Source: Antedon mediterranea
Taxonomy: Eukaryota; Animalia; Echinodermata
Assembly (NCBI RefSeq): GCF_964355755.1
Contig: NC_092676.1
Span: 10,455,888 to 10,519,887 of the forward strand
DNA length: 64,000 bases
Direction of reading: 5' to 3'
The first letter of the stretch is position 1, and the number at the start of each line of letters is the position of its first letter. This document shows positions 25,149 to 39,472 of this stretch, in pieces. The notes beneath the pieces are model-generated. The model had not been told where the DNA came from and did no database searches. It saw only the letters and a program-made list of their open reading frames with translations. Made by a program: the position numbers and the translations under genes.

Positions 25149-26139
25149 TTAAGTTCTATTTACTTATTGTTAGCCGAAACCGTTCAATTCATTTCAATGT
25201 AAATGTTTTTTATTTACAAATGACAAAAATAAATTTACTTACTAAAGATTTAAGTGATTAACACAAATTTCCAATTACACACCAATAATGTATGCTGTAG
25301 TCTGTATTAATTACTAATGGCAAATGCACAACTCTCTCATATAATCAATCAAAAACAACAGAATACTAATTAATTCTTCAGACTCAACTGTGCAAAAATA
25401 GAAGTAAAAAAAAAAGATGAAATCGAAAGTGATGGAAAATGAAGTCTTCAGCTGAGTCCCAAGTAACACACTGCTGCAATGAAATTGGTGGGGAACATTG
25501 GTACTGCCACAAGGGAAGTGCTTTCTGGGTCCGCTCATTTCATGTTCATGTATTGTACTCGCTGAACTCCAAGAGTTCAATTGTACACTCATTCTTGGGT
25601 TACATGCTGCGCATACACATTCATTTCTTGTCTTTAAATGCATTCAATTCTTGCTACTTAATACAGCTTCTAAACAGTTATAAACCATTCATATGTCTTA
25701 AACCATTTAAATTAAAATTTCTAGAGACAGCCTTTATTTACTACACACAGACCATAATATATATATATGCACAAATATGATACTGCAGAGATTTTATATA
25801 TTTTTTTAAAACATGTTGCTAATTAGTCTTATATGTATTTAAATGAACATATATTTTACAATCATGTAAGTTGTTGATATAGGTAATATGTAAGATAATA
25901 TTAAGAATGAAACCCCAGCGGAATTTTTTTCTGACCTTAATAAATGTAATTTATGTACCAAAAATAGACACCAAATTGTGACATAAAAATCTTATAAAAC
26001 TAAATTATGTTTTCAGAGGTCACCAATGATAATATTTATGTGTTTTTTGTGTGTGCATTATGCATTATGTGTTGCTCTATGAGATCGTTTTAGAGAATGT
26101 GAAAAAATAGCAAATTATGTAATTTGATTCGAATGGTAA

Positions 26140-27890
26140 ACACAGGCTTATGTTCGTAACATGTCGTGTCAAGAAATGTTACGAACATCATATGGGGCTA
26201 GCTTGCGAGTTAACATAGGTTTATTCAATCAACGAATTATTTGTAATTTATATCTTATCTAACTAAAACATTGGAAAGTTTAATCATTTTGTATGGCTAT
26301 TTATATCAGTTAAAAAAAAACAATTCAAAACATGTTTACGTGTCGTGTCAAGTCTGTTACGAACATCATTTGGAAGATTAGACAGGCCCACACCACATGT
26401 GCAGAGTGCTAGTCTGTCATCACTGGTTGTTGATAAGGAAGCCCCAGCAGTACAACTAATATACACAATAAAACGTCTGGATACAGGTCAAATGTCACTG
26501 CTACAGATGATAACACCTTTCGTGTCAACTTTTTTTGCGCTGTGTTACGCACATCATATTACTTTATTATCATCAAATATCCTATCACATTGGAACACAA
26601 TCAAGGTATGCTTTCAAATATTATTGTAATATAAGTATCTATGGACACTAATAACCTTTGATTTTTTACTTAATGGTAGAAATTTATGTTAAAATCATAA
26701 TTTACTTAGTGCTTTTTACAGTTCCCTGGGTGTAAACAAACATTTTTCAGCCGATACTTTGGGGTCAGCTGTTACGAACATCTATGTAAACATCTGCTTT
26801 TTGCCAAATAAAACACATCTTTCTTCGTTGTTTTAACCATAACAAATTTAATTTAAAATCATCATGTTGATTTTGTATTTTAAATAAATATAATTTTGTG
26901 TGAAGTTGTATTATATTACGTAGTTCCGACTGTCAATTGATGCATTGTTGACGTTCGTAACTTTGACACAATTACCCTCACTGAATAATCATGTCGCCTG
27001 TTACGAACATAAAATTAAATTCATACATGCTGTCCTTTGCTAATAACACGTATCCTAAAGTGTGTTGATCAACATAAAATACAATTATAAGTCAATACAT
27101 TTATTAAGTATTCTGCAATAAATGTATTACGTTTTGATAAGTGTAATTTTCCTATGTTTATAGAGATGTTGTTGATGTTCGTAAAACATGTTTACGTGTG
27201 TCGTGTCAAGTCTGTTACGAACGTCATTTGGAAGATTGACCCACACCACATGTGCAGAGCGCTAGTCTGTCATCGCTGGTTATTGATAAGGAAGCCCCAG
27301 CAGTACAACTAATAATATACACAATAAAACGTCTGGATACAGGTCAAATTTAAAGCTGCGATGACGTGAATCAACAGTCAAAATTGTTGGTGTCTTTGTT
27401 ACCAACATAATCAACTATTGAATTTTGTATTTATTATACAGAGCTGGGTTTACAAACAACCATATGGTATGTTCAAAGTGAGGTTTGAACTTGCTAATTG
27501 CAAGTAGGCATCTCATTCTTTGTTCATGTTCTTGCAAAGTTTCAGGCAAATTGTTGAAGAACTGTTGATGATGTGCGTAACGGTGTCAACTAATTTACGG
27601 ATTATAATAAATGTGTGCAAAACATGAAATTTTTTTTGTGTGTGTTTTTGTCTTTCTATTAAGTATAAGTATCATTCAGATATCAAATAAAGAAAAAAAA
27701 AGTACTCACCTTGGAGAGGCAGTTTTCTAAATGACACCATGTTACGAACATAATACATCCAACATAGTAAGCTTGTGATCTCAATTTTCCCGGGAAGTTG
27801 ATACTTGACTATCTTTATGTTTTGTATTATGTTTGTTGGGATATGTAAATTCAAAATAAGATTGACTTTATTGAATTACGAACAATTCTA
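26140..27890. repeat. Transposon-like region with dispersed tgttacgaacat motifs and a 165-bp internal duplication
   Basis: About 10 copies of gttacgaac on both strands. Segment 26327-26491 is repeated at 27183-27348. Ends not resolved. Confidence 0.55.
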
Positions 27891-28032
27891 ATTTTTTGTT
27901 GTCATGTCACATTTTTTGTTGCAGTATCAAATTTGTGCATATATATTCGTACGAAACAAATTTGTAGTGATTAAAACAATGAAGTAACCAAGTTTTCTGC
28001 TGTTATTTTATATATATAAATCCAAAGGCAAA

Positions 28033-28378
28033 TTACTGAAAAAAATGACAATGCTGTGGGTATCAGTGGCTGGATCTCAATAGAGGATACAAAAAAAAAA
28101 AGCGAAAAGCTAAATCAAACAAATATTAACTTTGCTGGCTGTTTACTTTATCGTTTTGATTTAGCTTTTCGCTTTTTTTTTGTATCTCCATTGAGATCCA
28201 GCCACTGATACCCACAGCATTGTCATTTGTATCTCCATTGAGATCCAGCCACTGATACCCACAGCATTGTCATTTGTATCTCCATTGAGATCCAGCCACT
28301 GATACCCACAGCATTGTCATTTGTATCTCCATTGAGATCCAGCCACTGATACCCACAGCATTGTCATTTGTTCAGTAA
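28033..28378. repeat. Hairpin MITE with one arm amplified to 4 x 47 bp
   Basis: 28045-28120 is the reverse complement of 28153-28226. The unit ttgtatctccattgagatccagccactgatacccacagcattgtcat starts at 28180, 28227, 28274 and 28321. Confidence 0.9.
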
Positions 28379-31166
28379 TATATAAATAGCATTAATTAAA
28401 ATAATTAATATTAAATTAACAAATATTATTATCTGTTGTAAATATTTCAGTGTGTAAGTAATAATTATAATATACAATATTATTGTTTCTAATTTTATAA
28501 TTAAGCTACTGTATTACATGGATTGTAACCTCATGATTTGCACTGTACAACAACAGCATAATAATCTTATCAGATTGTTTATTAACTTTAAGCTAGGCCT
28601 AGCTAAGCCGTCTGCTCAGCCTAGCTAGCCTTGAATTTTTTGTCTAGGCCTATATGCATTCATGGGTTTGAAAATTCTTGGTCGTTTCGCCCCATTTATC
28701 ATTCCTGGGTTTTCTCACACATTAGAATTGTGAAACACAAAATCCTATACAGAACAAGAGTAGTAAAGCGATGTGAAAGCTTAGGCCTGACTCTGAAAAG
28801 CAACTATTCAGGCACCCTATCATGGCCCATATGGGTAGGCCGAGGTTGGGTGACAGCAGAACAAACGTCACTGCTGAGTGTCAGCCTAGCAGCTGGAGCC
28901 CAAGCAGCATCGGTACATACCTACACTCTAGTAGGCCTAGGCCTAGCTTTATTGAATATAAAGCCACATCTTTCTCAAATCTCGTTAGATTTGACATTTT
29001 AGTATTAAGTCTCATAATCACATTATTACACTGTGAAACATGATAGGGTCACATTCAGAATGTTTTAATATACTTTTTGCCCGTCAAAAATAACATCGCG
29101 ACAAAATAACAGATCGCCAGCTGCAGTAGTGTGATTGTGAAAAATGTCACGTGATCATACTCCCTAGCAAAATAAAAAAACCCAATTGGACCCGAACGGG
29201 GTAAAGTGTCTATTTACGCAAAATTGCGCAATGTATACGCGATAACTATACCAGAAATAGAAAGATCTGGAAAAATTACATAAAACTACATTTAAAATTT
29301 TTTTTTTAGTGAGGAAATTAATTTTTTAGGATTATTCAAATATACCCCCCTTTTGCATGTAAAAGAATAGGAAATTACAAGGTATCCCCCCAAAACGCAA
29401 AAAGGCGTGATTTTCAAGAAACTCGTACTCATTGAAAAAAAATTCAAAAAAATATGAAGTATGGGGGATGATATTTTTAAATAATAGTTGAAATGTATGA
29501 AAAATAGTAATTTTCTGGGTGGAGCTCCACTTTAATGCTGAAAACCCCATAACTCCTAACAAATTCAGTAAACAAGAGTTAGGGTTATTTTCAACCGACT
29601 AATCACAATACATTTTTCCTCTATGTGGTTAAATTCAGCCTTCATCTACATCAGGAGGCCTTTTTTATTTGATTTTTTTTTTTTAAAAACAATAGAAATT
29701 TGGCTGTACTATATTTATAAAAAAATGCTGAGGTATGCTTTATTTACGGCAAATTATGTCATTTTGTTCTAATTTTGTAGGGCTGAGATCTGCGGCCTAT
29801 ATACAGTTGAAATAATGATAAAAACATGTGGGTAAGAGCACATGAATATATGCAACTAGAAACAACCTGACGCACTTCTATTTTGTAAAGATATTCGTAC
29901 GCTATGGGTCTGAACACCTCATTTTTTTCTTTGCGGTTTGTAATGTGACCTTGCTAGTAACATTGTATGCTAAAAGTAAAACAGTCTAATGCCATGCCAT
30001 GCCATTGAACAGCCCACTGGTAGGATAGTCTTTGAAACCGTCCTTAAAACACATTAATCACACACATCAGTCATGCTGCTAAATAGTTGAAAACCTCACT
30101 TTTTGAGGTTTTTAAATACAACGCCTAATGTGGATATTTGTACACTAAAATGTTTCTAAGGGCCTGTTTCTGCTGCATAAAAATAACCGGTTAAAATCGG
30201 TGTGAATAAATTAAAATCGGTGTGAATAAATTAACTCCATTTTCTAGGCAGCAGAAACAGAACAAATTTGAGGTAACCGGTTAAAAGGCAGCACAAAATC
30301 ACCGGTTAAAAACACCAATTGAAATCGGTGTTAGAACGCCGTTTAACCATTTATCGCTGAGCAATTCTTAGCTGCAACACAAAATAACGGTTATTTGATT
30401 GACAGCTGTGACCCCGAGTTAGCTACCGTCGCGTACCATGTGTGTTTTCCTCATGGATTTGACAGTCGAACGAAGTTCGTGAACATGTATGTGGATGAAT
30501 GAAATCACAAGATATGTTATTCAGTTGTGGGGGAAGAGAAAGTACGGGGAAGGATGGCAGGCAATAGAATAGAAAGGATTCACAAATATATAAAAGCATT
30601 TTTGCCAAAGTGAAAGGGTGGAGTTCCGGACTACCCAAGCTAAACAATTTGAGGCGTTAATACACGCTCGCGAAGGGTATAGTCCTATAAACACCAAAAC
30701 GGAAACAAAAGGGACTCGGAATGTTGCAAATACCTACCAAACGAAAATACAGTAGAATGGTTAATTAATTATGAAAACCCAAATTTTATAGCAAAAATCG
30801 TCCGAATTTATGTTAAAAAGGATGAATTAACATAAAAAAAACTAAAACCAAACGAGCGTATTTATGGCACGCCTTTAGTGCCTTTAATAGGAGAACAATC
30901 TTACCTTGATCGTTTTACATAATCTAATTTCGACCGAAAACAAAGGTTATCAGAGCCTTTTACAATATATTTTATTTCATATTACGTTCGGTGCAAACTG
31001 AGATCCCGAACCAGCGCATGCGCAGTAACCAGTCATAGCGAACAGCGTACTAGCATCGTGTACAACACGTTGCTAATTTATGTGTGTAAAACCAACGTTT
31101 TCACGAAGTTTGCAGTCAATATATGCCTAGATACATAATTGATTATCTAGGTCATATTACCCAGAC

Positions 31167-32320
31167 ATGGCAGAATTGGAAGAAGCAACATCAAAATCAT
31201 CCCCGAAGAATCAGGAGGAGATAATATTTGAGGGGAAGAAGCATACGAAACCAAAAGTAAAAAAGGCCTCCTCCTTGGTAACCGAGGGGAGACTGTGCGC
31301 GCTCGAGGAGCGCGCTGAGCAAACAAACAACTTGCTACAGCAGCTTGTTCAGAACCTGAATGGGCCTAGGCCACAGGTTAGTTATGAAAGCCAGGAAAGT
31401 TTTTCCGGCGATAATGATAGGTTGTCAGTAGATTTTTACTACTCAGGTTTCCATTCATGCAATACACCAAGAAACCAGACAAGCGATATTAATAATGATA
31501 TTGATATTAATACTGTTCTCGACGATGGTTCGGCCTTTGGCTAAGCCTATTATGGCCTCACCTCCAGGTTTTGCTGCACGATTTGCGTCAGCAGAGGAAA
31601 CAGGACCCGAGATTACCAAGGAATTGTCAGACAGTATAACTTACTTGCTCCATTCTCCAATGGATGAGAATATACAACTGGAGTTTTCTAAAGCATATCT
31701 GGTTCCAGATAATGCAAAAGCACTAATAGTGCCCAAAGTATACCCGACCCTGTGGGACAGGATATCCGGAAAATCAAGGTCTTTAGATCTGAAGCTTCAA
31801 CGGATACAGAAGCCTCTCATAAAAGGCATCACAGCTCTAGCCCATGCATTGGAAAATGAGCATAATGAACGATCTCTAGATGCACTTGCCTTATTGGCAA
31901 ATGCAAATTACGAGTTATTGGGACTACGAAAAGAAGTCCTAAAACCGGAGATTAACAAGGATTATAGACATCTCTGTAAGCCGACTACAAAACCAACAGA
32001 ATTTCTGTTCGGAAATTTAGGGAAATCTGTAAAACGGCTTGATGAAAAGAGGAAGGCAACGTCCGGACTCCTAAAGACCAACAATTGGGTCATTAAAAAC
32101 AATCTGAAATATAATAACAAGTCAAGATATCAACCATACCCACAGTCCCGCTATAAACAGTGGGACCATCGAAATACATCATCAAATGCGAAGCCTTTTT
32201 TATCAAACAGAGGCCGACAGGCCTCACCAAGTCAGGGAAGCTTCAAGAAACCTCTAAACAAAAAGGGGGATCGAAGTCAACAATACAAGCAGCAGAAGAG
32301 GTATGATATACCAACTATTC
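31167..32320 (+). pseudogene. DIRS gag-like ORF (one frameshift near 31500-31540)
   Basis: ORFs 31167-31544 and 31495 onward. LWDRIS..DLKLQRIQ..ALALLANANYEL..FLFG is typical of DIRS ORF1. Confidence 0.75.
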
Positions 32321-33800
32321 ATAATGAAATAGTGGGAGGTCGACTGAGGTCATACTTACCTGCTTGGAAAAAGCTCACTTCCGATCTATATATTTTAAAT
32401 GCTGTCACTGGCTATAAAATAGAATTTTGTAAACAAATTCCACAATATTTAAGAGGGAGAATTCCTCATCCATATAACCTGAGTGTTATAGAAATGGCTG
32501 CGATTGATGAACAGGTCTTAAAATTACTGGATAAAGGAGTAATAAAGTCCTCTGATTATGAACCTGACCAATTTGTTTCAAATTTATTTGTAAGGCCAAA
32601 AAAGGATGGAGGTTTTCGAACTATCCTTGATCTCTCAAAGTTAAATGAGTATGTTGCCTACAAACATTTTTAAATGGAAACATTTTCAAATGCACTCACA
32701 CTTATAGACCAAGGGGTATACATGACCTCAGTTGACCTAAAAGATGCTTATTATACAGTTCCCATAGCATATTCAGACGTAAAGTACTTAAAGTTTGTCT
32801 GGAAAGGGAATCTTTATGCATTTGGGGCATTACCTAATGGCCTAAGCACAGGGCCAAGACTGTTTACGAAACTACTAAAGCCTCCACTAGCATATTTAAG
32901 AAGTAGAGGCCATATTGTCCTAATTTATATTGACGATATACTTGCTATCAATAAGTGTCGAGACAAAGCAAAACACACAGCCAGAGAAGTATGTGAAATG
33001 TTGACGTCATTGGGGTTCATTATAAATTATAAAAAATCCGTATTACAGCCCACTCAAACAATAACCTTTTTAGGGTTTGAAATTAACTCAGTCAAAATGA
33101 CTGTTACTCTCCCTCAATCAAAGAAAGAGGAGATATTTAATGAGTGTCATCAAGTAATTACCTCTGTCCAGACTACTATTAGACAGGTTGCAAGCCTGCT
33201 AGGAAAACTGGTAGCTGCACTCCCAGCTGTGGAATATGGCAAATTACATTACAGGGCCCTTGAAAAAGATAAAATTATGTCCCTGAGACACAATAAAGGC
33301 CATTATGACAGAACAATGACCATTAATAAGAATGGCAGGGCCGACATTACCTGGTGGCAGCACAATATATATTATGTGTATTAACATATATCTCATGGCA
33401 ACCCAAACCTTGCATTTGAAACTGATGCTTCGGGATTAGGGTGGGGAGCAACAGATGGCACTAATCACATTGGTGGGAGATGGTGCCAGAATGATTTACA
33501 AAATGCATTTGTAAATGATTCACTTAACATTAATTATTTGGAGTTACTAACAGCTTTTCTCGGACTTAAGTCACTCATAAAAGATGTACCGGTATCTAAT
33601 ATACACGTCCAATTAAAAATAGATAACACTACGGCAATAGCCTATATCAATAATATGGGAGGAGCAAAATCTAAGACTTGCAACCATCTAGCAAAAATGA
33701 TATGGCAATGGTGCACAGACCATAACATATGGCTTTCTGCAATCCATCTTCCGGGAAAAGATAATTTAATTGCGGATAATAAATCACGTCATTTTGATGA
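32321..33800 (+). pseudogene. DIRS reverse transcriptase and RNase H (in-frame stops at 32671 and 33382)
   Basis: RT motifs VGGRL, KKDGGFRTILDL, VDLKDAYY, LPNGL, YIDD, FLGF. RNase H motifs ETDASGLGWGA, INYLEL, IDNTTAIAYIN. Confidence 0.95.
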
Positions 33801-33804
33801 TGAG

Positions 33805-35578
33805 AAGGAATGGATGCTAAATAAAGATTTGTTTCAAAAAATTGTTACAGAGTTTGGACCACTAGAGCAGGGGCGCAGCCAGCAAAGAATTAAAGGGGGG
33901 GTCAACCAATGTGTGAGTATTTTGCGAGCGAAGCGAGCAACCATGGGCTGGAGGCCAGGGGGCCGCCAAGGGCCCCCGCTTGGGGTCCAGGGGGCGAAGC
34001 ACCCTGGAAGCTTTGGCGGTCTAGGGCAATCTAGATCATTTGAATCGGTTTACGCACACACAAATATGACATATGTTAACACTAATAAACTGAAACAAAG
34101 AAAACAAAAAACAATTCTCATTTTCATTACAGAACATTTTTATATTCCAGGCTGCCACAGACAAACACTTTTTTTTTGCTTGTTTGTTGATTTGTGTAGA
34201 GAGGCTGTAAACTCAGAGGAGGAATTATTTGAATTCCTCCCTTTTCACCAATACAAAAGTTGCATGAAATGAACGTAGAGATGCAAAAGTTTGAAAAAAG
34301 AAATTAGAATGATAGCATGGAGGGAGTGATATTATTAAATGAGAACCGTAAGGTTAGAGTTCATACACTGTGCAAGTCCAAGAAGCTATCTTGGCTCTGT
34401 GTGTATGTGAGACGCTTATCATACCCAGTACATACAATATTTTGTTTAAAAATATACCTATTTTGTTTGAATGTATAGTATAGGTGATAGCTTATACATA
34501 ATTGTAATAACTAACTTCTAAATTATTATCATACATTTTACGTTAGTTACTATAACGGCGCTCTTGACATCGCGTGATGCATCTTTAAACATAAGTTTGG
34601 AACATTCTTCTTGGCTTGGAGACAGAATTCGCGAATGACATTCTCTGTATTAATGTTCATGTTAAAGTGTATGTTCATGAGGCACAATCCCGAAAGCTGC
34701 TCATAAGACATGTGATTTCCCAAACAGGTTTTCGTTCTCCATAAAGTCGAAAAACTCCGCTCAGCTTCAGCAGACGTTACGGGCATAGGCCTATGCGATT
34801 AGAAGAAGTGCACGCACATTCGGGAACACATTTGGATCCGCTAATTTTACACAGTCGCTTCCATCACTGAAGCTCGGAATGAAGATGTTCGTGTCTTGGC
34901 AGATCATCGTACCAAATTCAAGTTCCTTGAAGACTTCTTCAACATTACACTTCACTATAGACTCGGGTGCTACGCCAAATATTTTAAAGCATGGCCTGTT
35001 ATCGGCAGAAAAACGGGTTTTTAACTCGGTTTGTAATCAAGAAGTTGATTTGGTAATACTGCTCGGTAGTAATCTTCCACAGTATCTCCAGGATGATTTG
35101 ATCTGTATTGTTGTCTCATGTTTTTATTTATTTTTTCTAAAAAAAAGGGGGGGTCAGGACCCCCGTGAACCCCCCCCCCCCCCCCCCCACTGGCTGCGCC
35201 CCTGTAGAGGTGGATTTATTTGCATCTAGAAATAATGCACAGCTTTCTAGATATGTGTCATGGAATCCTGACCCGGATGCGTCAAATGTAGACGCATTTA
35301 ACTTAAACTGGGCAGGACTTACCTTTTATGCTTTTCCGCCATTCTGCTTAATCGGTAAATGTATTCAAAAGATTTCAAATGATAAGGCTACTGGAATAAT
35401 GGTAGTTCCTGATTGGCCGACGCAATACTGGTACCCTAAGTTATTATCGATTATGGTTGGGAAACCTTTAAAACTACAAGGCGGGCGACTATCCCTTATA
35501 CTACCAGGAACGAACAAAGTTCACCCACTGTGTAATAAAATCAATCTTTTTGCATGTAGATTATCCGGAGATCAATAG
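33805..35578 (+). pseudogene. DIRS adenine methyltransferase-like domain, split by a hAT insertion
   Basis: Removing 33868-35209 restores EWML...FGPLE|VDLFASRNNAQL...VDAF..NW...YAFPPF...VVPDWPTQYWYP in frame. Confidence 0.9.
33868..35204 (-). mobile_element. Internally deleted hAT element, copy 1
   Basis: TIRs caggggcgcagccag / ctggctgcgcccctg. Carries a hAT C-terminal dimerisation remnant PVTSAEAERSFSTL..LSGLCLMNIH. TSD tagag (5 bp). Confidence 0.92.
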
Positions 35579-36279
35579 AAGGAAACAGTATCAATAATGA
35601 AACAGCCATCAACGTAATCCTGAATTCTTGGAGACGGTCATCCTTAAAGCAATACGGAAGCTATAGAGATGGGAAGATTTTGGAGCCACAAGATTAGTCG
35701 ATCTGCTTAAAGCAGACGTAGGTCTTGCTTTAGAATTCCTCACAATGATATTTGAATCAACAAACAGTTACTCAGCAGTAAATACAGCACGTTGTGCACT
35801 ATCGTCATGTTTGTTCCTGGAAAACGGCCAAACGATTGACTCACATAATTTAATTAGTAGATTTGTAAAAGGAACATTTAATCTAAAGCCACCCATAACG
35901 AGGTATACTGAAATATGAGACGTTAAAGTGGTATTTAATCACATTAGGGAGTTATACCCTATACAGAGTTTATCTTTAAAGCAACTCACTTATAGACTGT
36001 GTATGCTTATGGCTTTGTTATCGGCCCAACGCTGCCAAACCATCTCCTTACTTAGGGTAGACAAAATGATCATTAAAGCAGATGGTGCCATATTTTATGT
36101 TAATGATTTGTTAAAGCATACAAAACCAAATAATAAGAAAGGGTCAAGAATTATTTTTAAAACGTTTGCGCTAGATAGCAAAGTATGTGTTGTAACTACT
36201 CTTAAGGAATACATTAAACGTACAGCCACCTTAAGAGGTGTTAATAACCAACTTTTGTTAAGCTACATAAAACCATACA

Positions 36280-37841
36280 CAGGCCTCGAATTTGGGGATT
36301 TTAGGGGCAAGGCCATTTGGCCTCCGGTTTTCGTTGATTTGAGGGGCACCAAGGCCAAATGGGAGGGCACCAAGGCCATTTGTTTTAAATCGAAGGGGCA
36401 CCAAGGCCAAAATTAAAAAATATTTTAATAACTAGGCCAAAATTTAAAAATAGCTTGTTTCCGGTTGACCGCCCGGGTGGAATTTTTTTCCTTTTAGGAG
36501 AGGACTGTCTACATCTTTTTGTATTTCATTATATATAAATATTACGTGTATTTACGATCCATATAAATAATAATTATTAAGGTACGATGTTTAGCGTTCA
36601 CAGTTGTTTCGTTTAGTTTCAAACAATGCGATCAAAAAAAGGCATGTGAAGCCAGGCTCAACGGGTAAAGACCCTAACAGCAAGCACTTAGCAGCACCAT
36701 ATACCTCCATGGCAGCACTAAGGCGCAGCGGACGGAGAACACAGGTTACAAAAACAATTTGTTTGTAGGCCTTAACTACAATTATTCATACACAGAGTGT
36801 TAACCACGGTAAAAATCAAGCCAATGACATTATGTTGTAGAATATAAATTATTGTTATTTTCCGAGTTTCGATTTCTGAAGCTTTTTTGTTAGTATAATC
36901 CATATTCATAAGAATTCAAAACACGGACGGACGCCGACCCCTCTCTCTCTCTGTTTAGCCTTCTGCACGTGTATTGTGGACTATACCATTTCCTTGAGTT
37001 CGGTAAAAACGCGTTTGTTAATTTAGTGTACGACGTCGTTAAACAAGATTTTTCGATGATCTGTCGGCTGGATTATTGAGGTGGGTGCGATAAAATATAA
37101 ATATAATATACTTCCAACGATCTTCGGGTTGAGGTACCGGTTTAACTTTAGTACTAAAAGTTGACACCCCTAATTTTACACGTATAATGGAATGGACTAC
37201 ACCATGCAGGAACGCACATGGTATTTTCATATCAGAGGGTGCGTGTACGTCAAAAGGAATTGTTTTTCCAACGACCGATCCTTCGTACTCACACGTACGT
37301 ACGACGACGTCGTGTGAAATTTCTTATCAGAGGGTGCGTGTAGGCTGGCTAGGACAAGGAGTGCGTGTAATTTTTTTTTCAACGAGGGCGGCTAGCTCGA
37401 TTATTGAGGCGGGGGTGGTGCGACTTTAATACTTTCAGTGACCTACGATCGAGGAACGTTTTTAGCTTTATTATTAAAAGTGTACACCCCTGTATTTTAA
37501 TGTACTATCTATTCCATTATTTACCACGCGCGGCGGCCGGGACGATATTGTTTTGGTTATATAAATATGTTCGATGTTTTCTCTAAATGCGTTTAGGGAA
37601 ATCCCCTTGCAACGAAGACAGGCGATAGTTTTGCGTCTCGTCCGATATTCTTGACATTATTTTCTATCTACTTCAGTGGTTTTTATTGTGGTAAAACTCG
37701 GGAAGGGCACTCACGGCCAACGCAAAAAAAAGGGCAGGCCAGTAGTGGCCGTGGGTGCTATTAATTTTCGAGGGCATTGAGGCCAACTGGGAGGGCACCG
37801 ACGGCACTGGCCGCGGTGGCCGCGGTAAAATTCGAGGCCTG
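36280..37841. mobile_element. Non-autonomous hAT-like element in the DIRS recombinase
   Basis: TIRs caggcctcgaattt / aaattcgaggcctg, TSD cataca (6 bp), and subterminal gggcac..ggcca repeats. Confidence 0.85.
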
Positions 37842-37883
37842 CATACAACCCTGTTTCTAAAGATACAGTTTCACGATGGTTAA

Positions 37884-39472
37884 AGGGGGGTTCCGGGTTT
37901 AAAATGAATAGTAAAAAATGTAAAATATATTTGTTTGTCTCTTGAACGGTAAAAGTTTCAATTTATATAAGCGCCCAGTGAAGCAGAACGAAGGCTGTGA
38001 AATCAGGCCAGATTACAAGTGCAGCTACGGCAAAATCACACTGTGGTTACAAAATAGGAAATTCGTGAAATGGTCCATCTTCCGACGACTCGTTATCATT
38101 AACCATATCAATTACTTTTGTAAAATTATACTTATCTGATGTAATATTAGTCGGTCTTCCCATTTATAAAGTCAATTTTTTATGAAAATTCATCAAAACA
38201 GTGAAAAATTAGATATGTTTGCACTTTACGTTTGCCGATTTTCGCACCGACTTAGGGAAAAATCAAAATCAATGAAGCGTAACGTATACTGTACATTCCT
38301 CCTGCTGAGGATCGATCGAGCGAGACGACGATACACGTGCTCTCTCTGCTGCCCACCATGCCTGGCATCGTCACGTGATAAGCAGATACAATATACAATA
38401 CCAAACTGGTCGGGTCGAGTATACCCCGTCTATAATCACAACATGAACAATGTACAGTATTTGATTGAAGGTCGACTCGACCTACCGGAATGGTATAGAT
38501 AATATAGCTCGAATGAGAGAGTTGGAATATTTTTGTAGTGCAGCCTATAGTAAAAGGCCTGGTAGTATCAATTCGCATAGGGTCTACTACACTATAGCTA
38601 GCTCAATTTTTAACTGGGCCGGATCAGCTAGATCTCCTTCCTACTACCTGGTCTACTTGCTTGATGCATGAGTATCCGCTTTTTTGGAGAGTAAACTAAG
38701 CCTATTTTAGGCCTACTTAGACGATCGGGACACCATACATGTGGACGGCGATCGGACCTTGTTTTGCTTCAATATTTACAGCCGATTTTGTAGAACGTTT
38801 TAGGTTTAGATTGTTTAGGAGTTTTGGTTGATAGGATGGGTTTTGTTATTTATGGGCCAATCGTCTAGTAGTAGTAGGCTAGCTAGGCCCATGGGCCCCA
38901 TTGTTTTAACGTAGCCATCGTGGCATGGAATCCCTATAGTCAGAATGGCTCTCGCCCATTAGGCTAGGCCTAGAGTAGTATTGTACGTGAAGCCGATAAT
39001 ACGATCTGTACTATAGAGGTATAAAAATAGTATACTTTATGACTCCGTAATCTGTACTAAATTTTGTATTTCATTAAATGTCAAATAAATATATGCTACT
39101 ACTGTTATTATTACACTTTAGGCCTAGCTTAGAAAATCTACAAAAAATGTATTTCACAATGATCGGGTGGTCGTCGTTTGACAGGGAAGAGAGATGTAAA
39201 TTAGGCCTAGTTGACAAACACAACGTACATGACGTCGCGAGTTTGGAATCCACTGGTGACGTGATTTTGTGAATATCTCATGAATATTAATGAGCTTCCC
39301 TAAGCTGCTGAAAAACAGACTTTCCATGAATTTACCCTAAAATGTATATGAAATTTAATTTTTTAAATTTCTCGTTATTACTTCTTCATTCTGACATGTC
39401 TATATTGTTATATTTTTTTTTATTTAATAAATAAACGATATTTAAAAGCAATTTTAAACCCAGAATCCCCCT
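37884..39472. mobile_element. Non-autonomous Kolobok-type element in the DIRS recombinase
   Basis: TTAA duplication. TIRs aggggggttccgggtttaaaat / attttaaacccagaatccccct. Removing it restores the YR frame. Confidence 0.87.

Noticed and set aside
33538-34272. 244-aa ORF as a single protein
   Set aside because: It is chimeric: DIRS RNase H/MT sequence reading into the hAT end at 33868. The same applies to 35165-35578 and 35928-36416.
35170-35188. Poly-C/poly-G runs as functional G-quadruplexes (also 2371, 20769, 22886, 58862)
   Set aside because: Simple homopolymers of uncertain length, partly within transposon ends; no supporting context.
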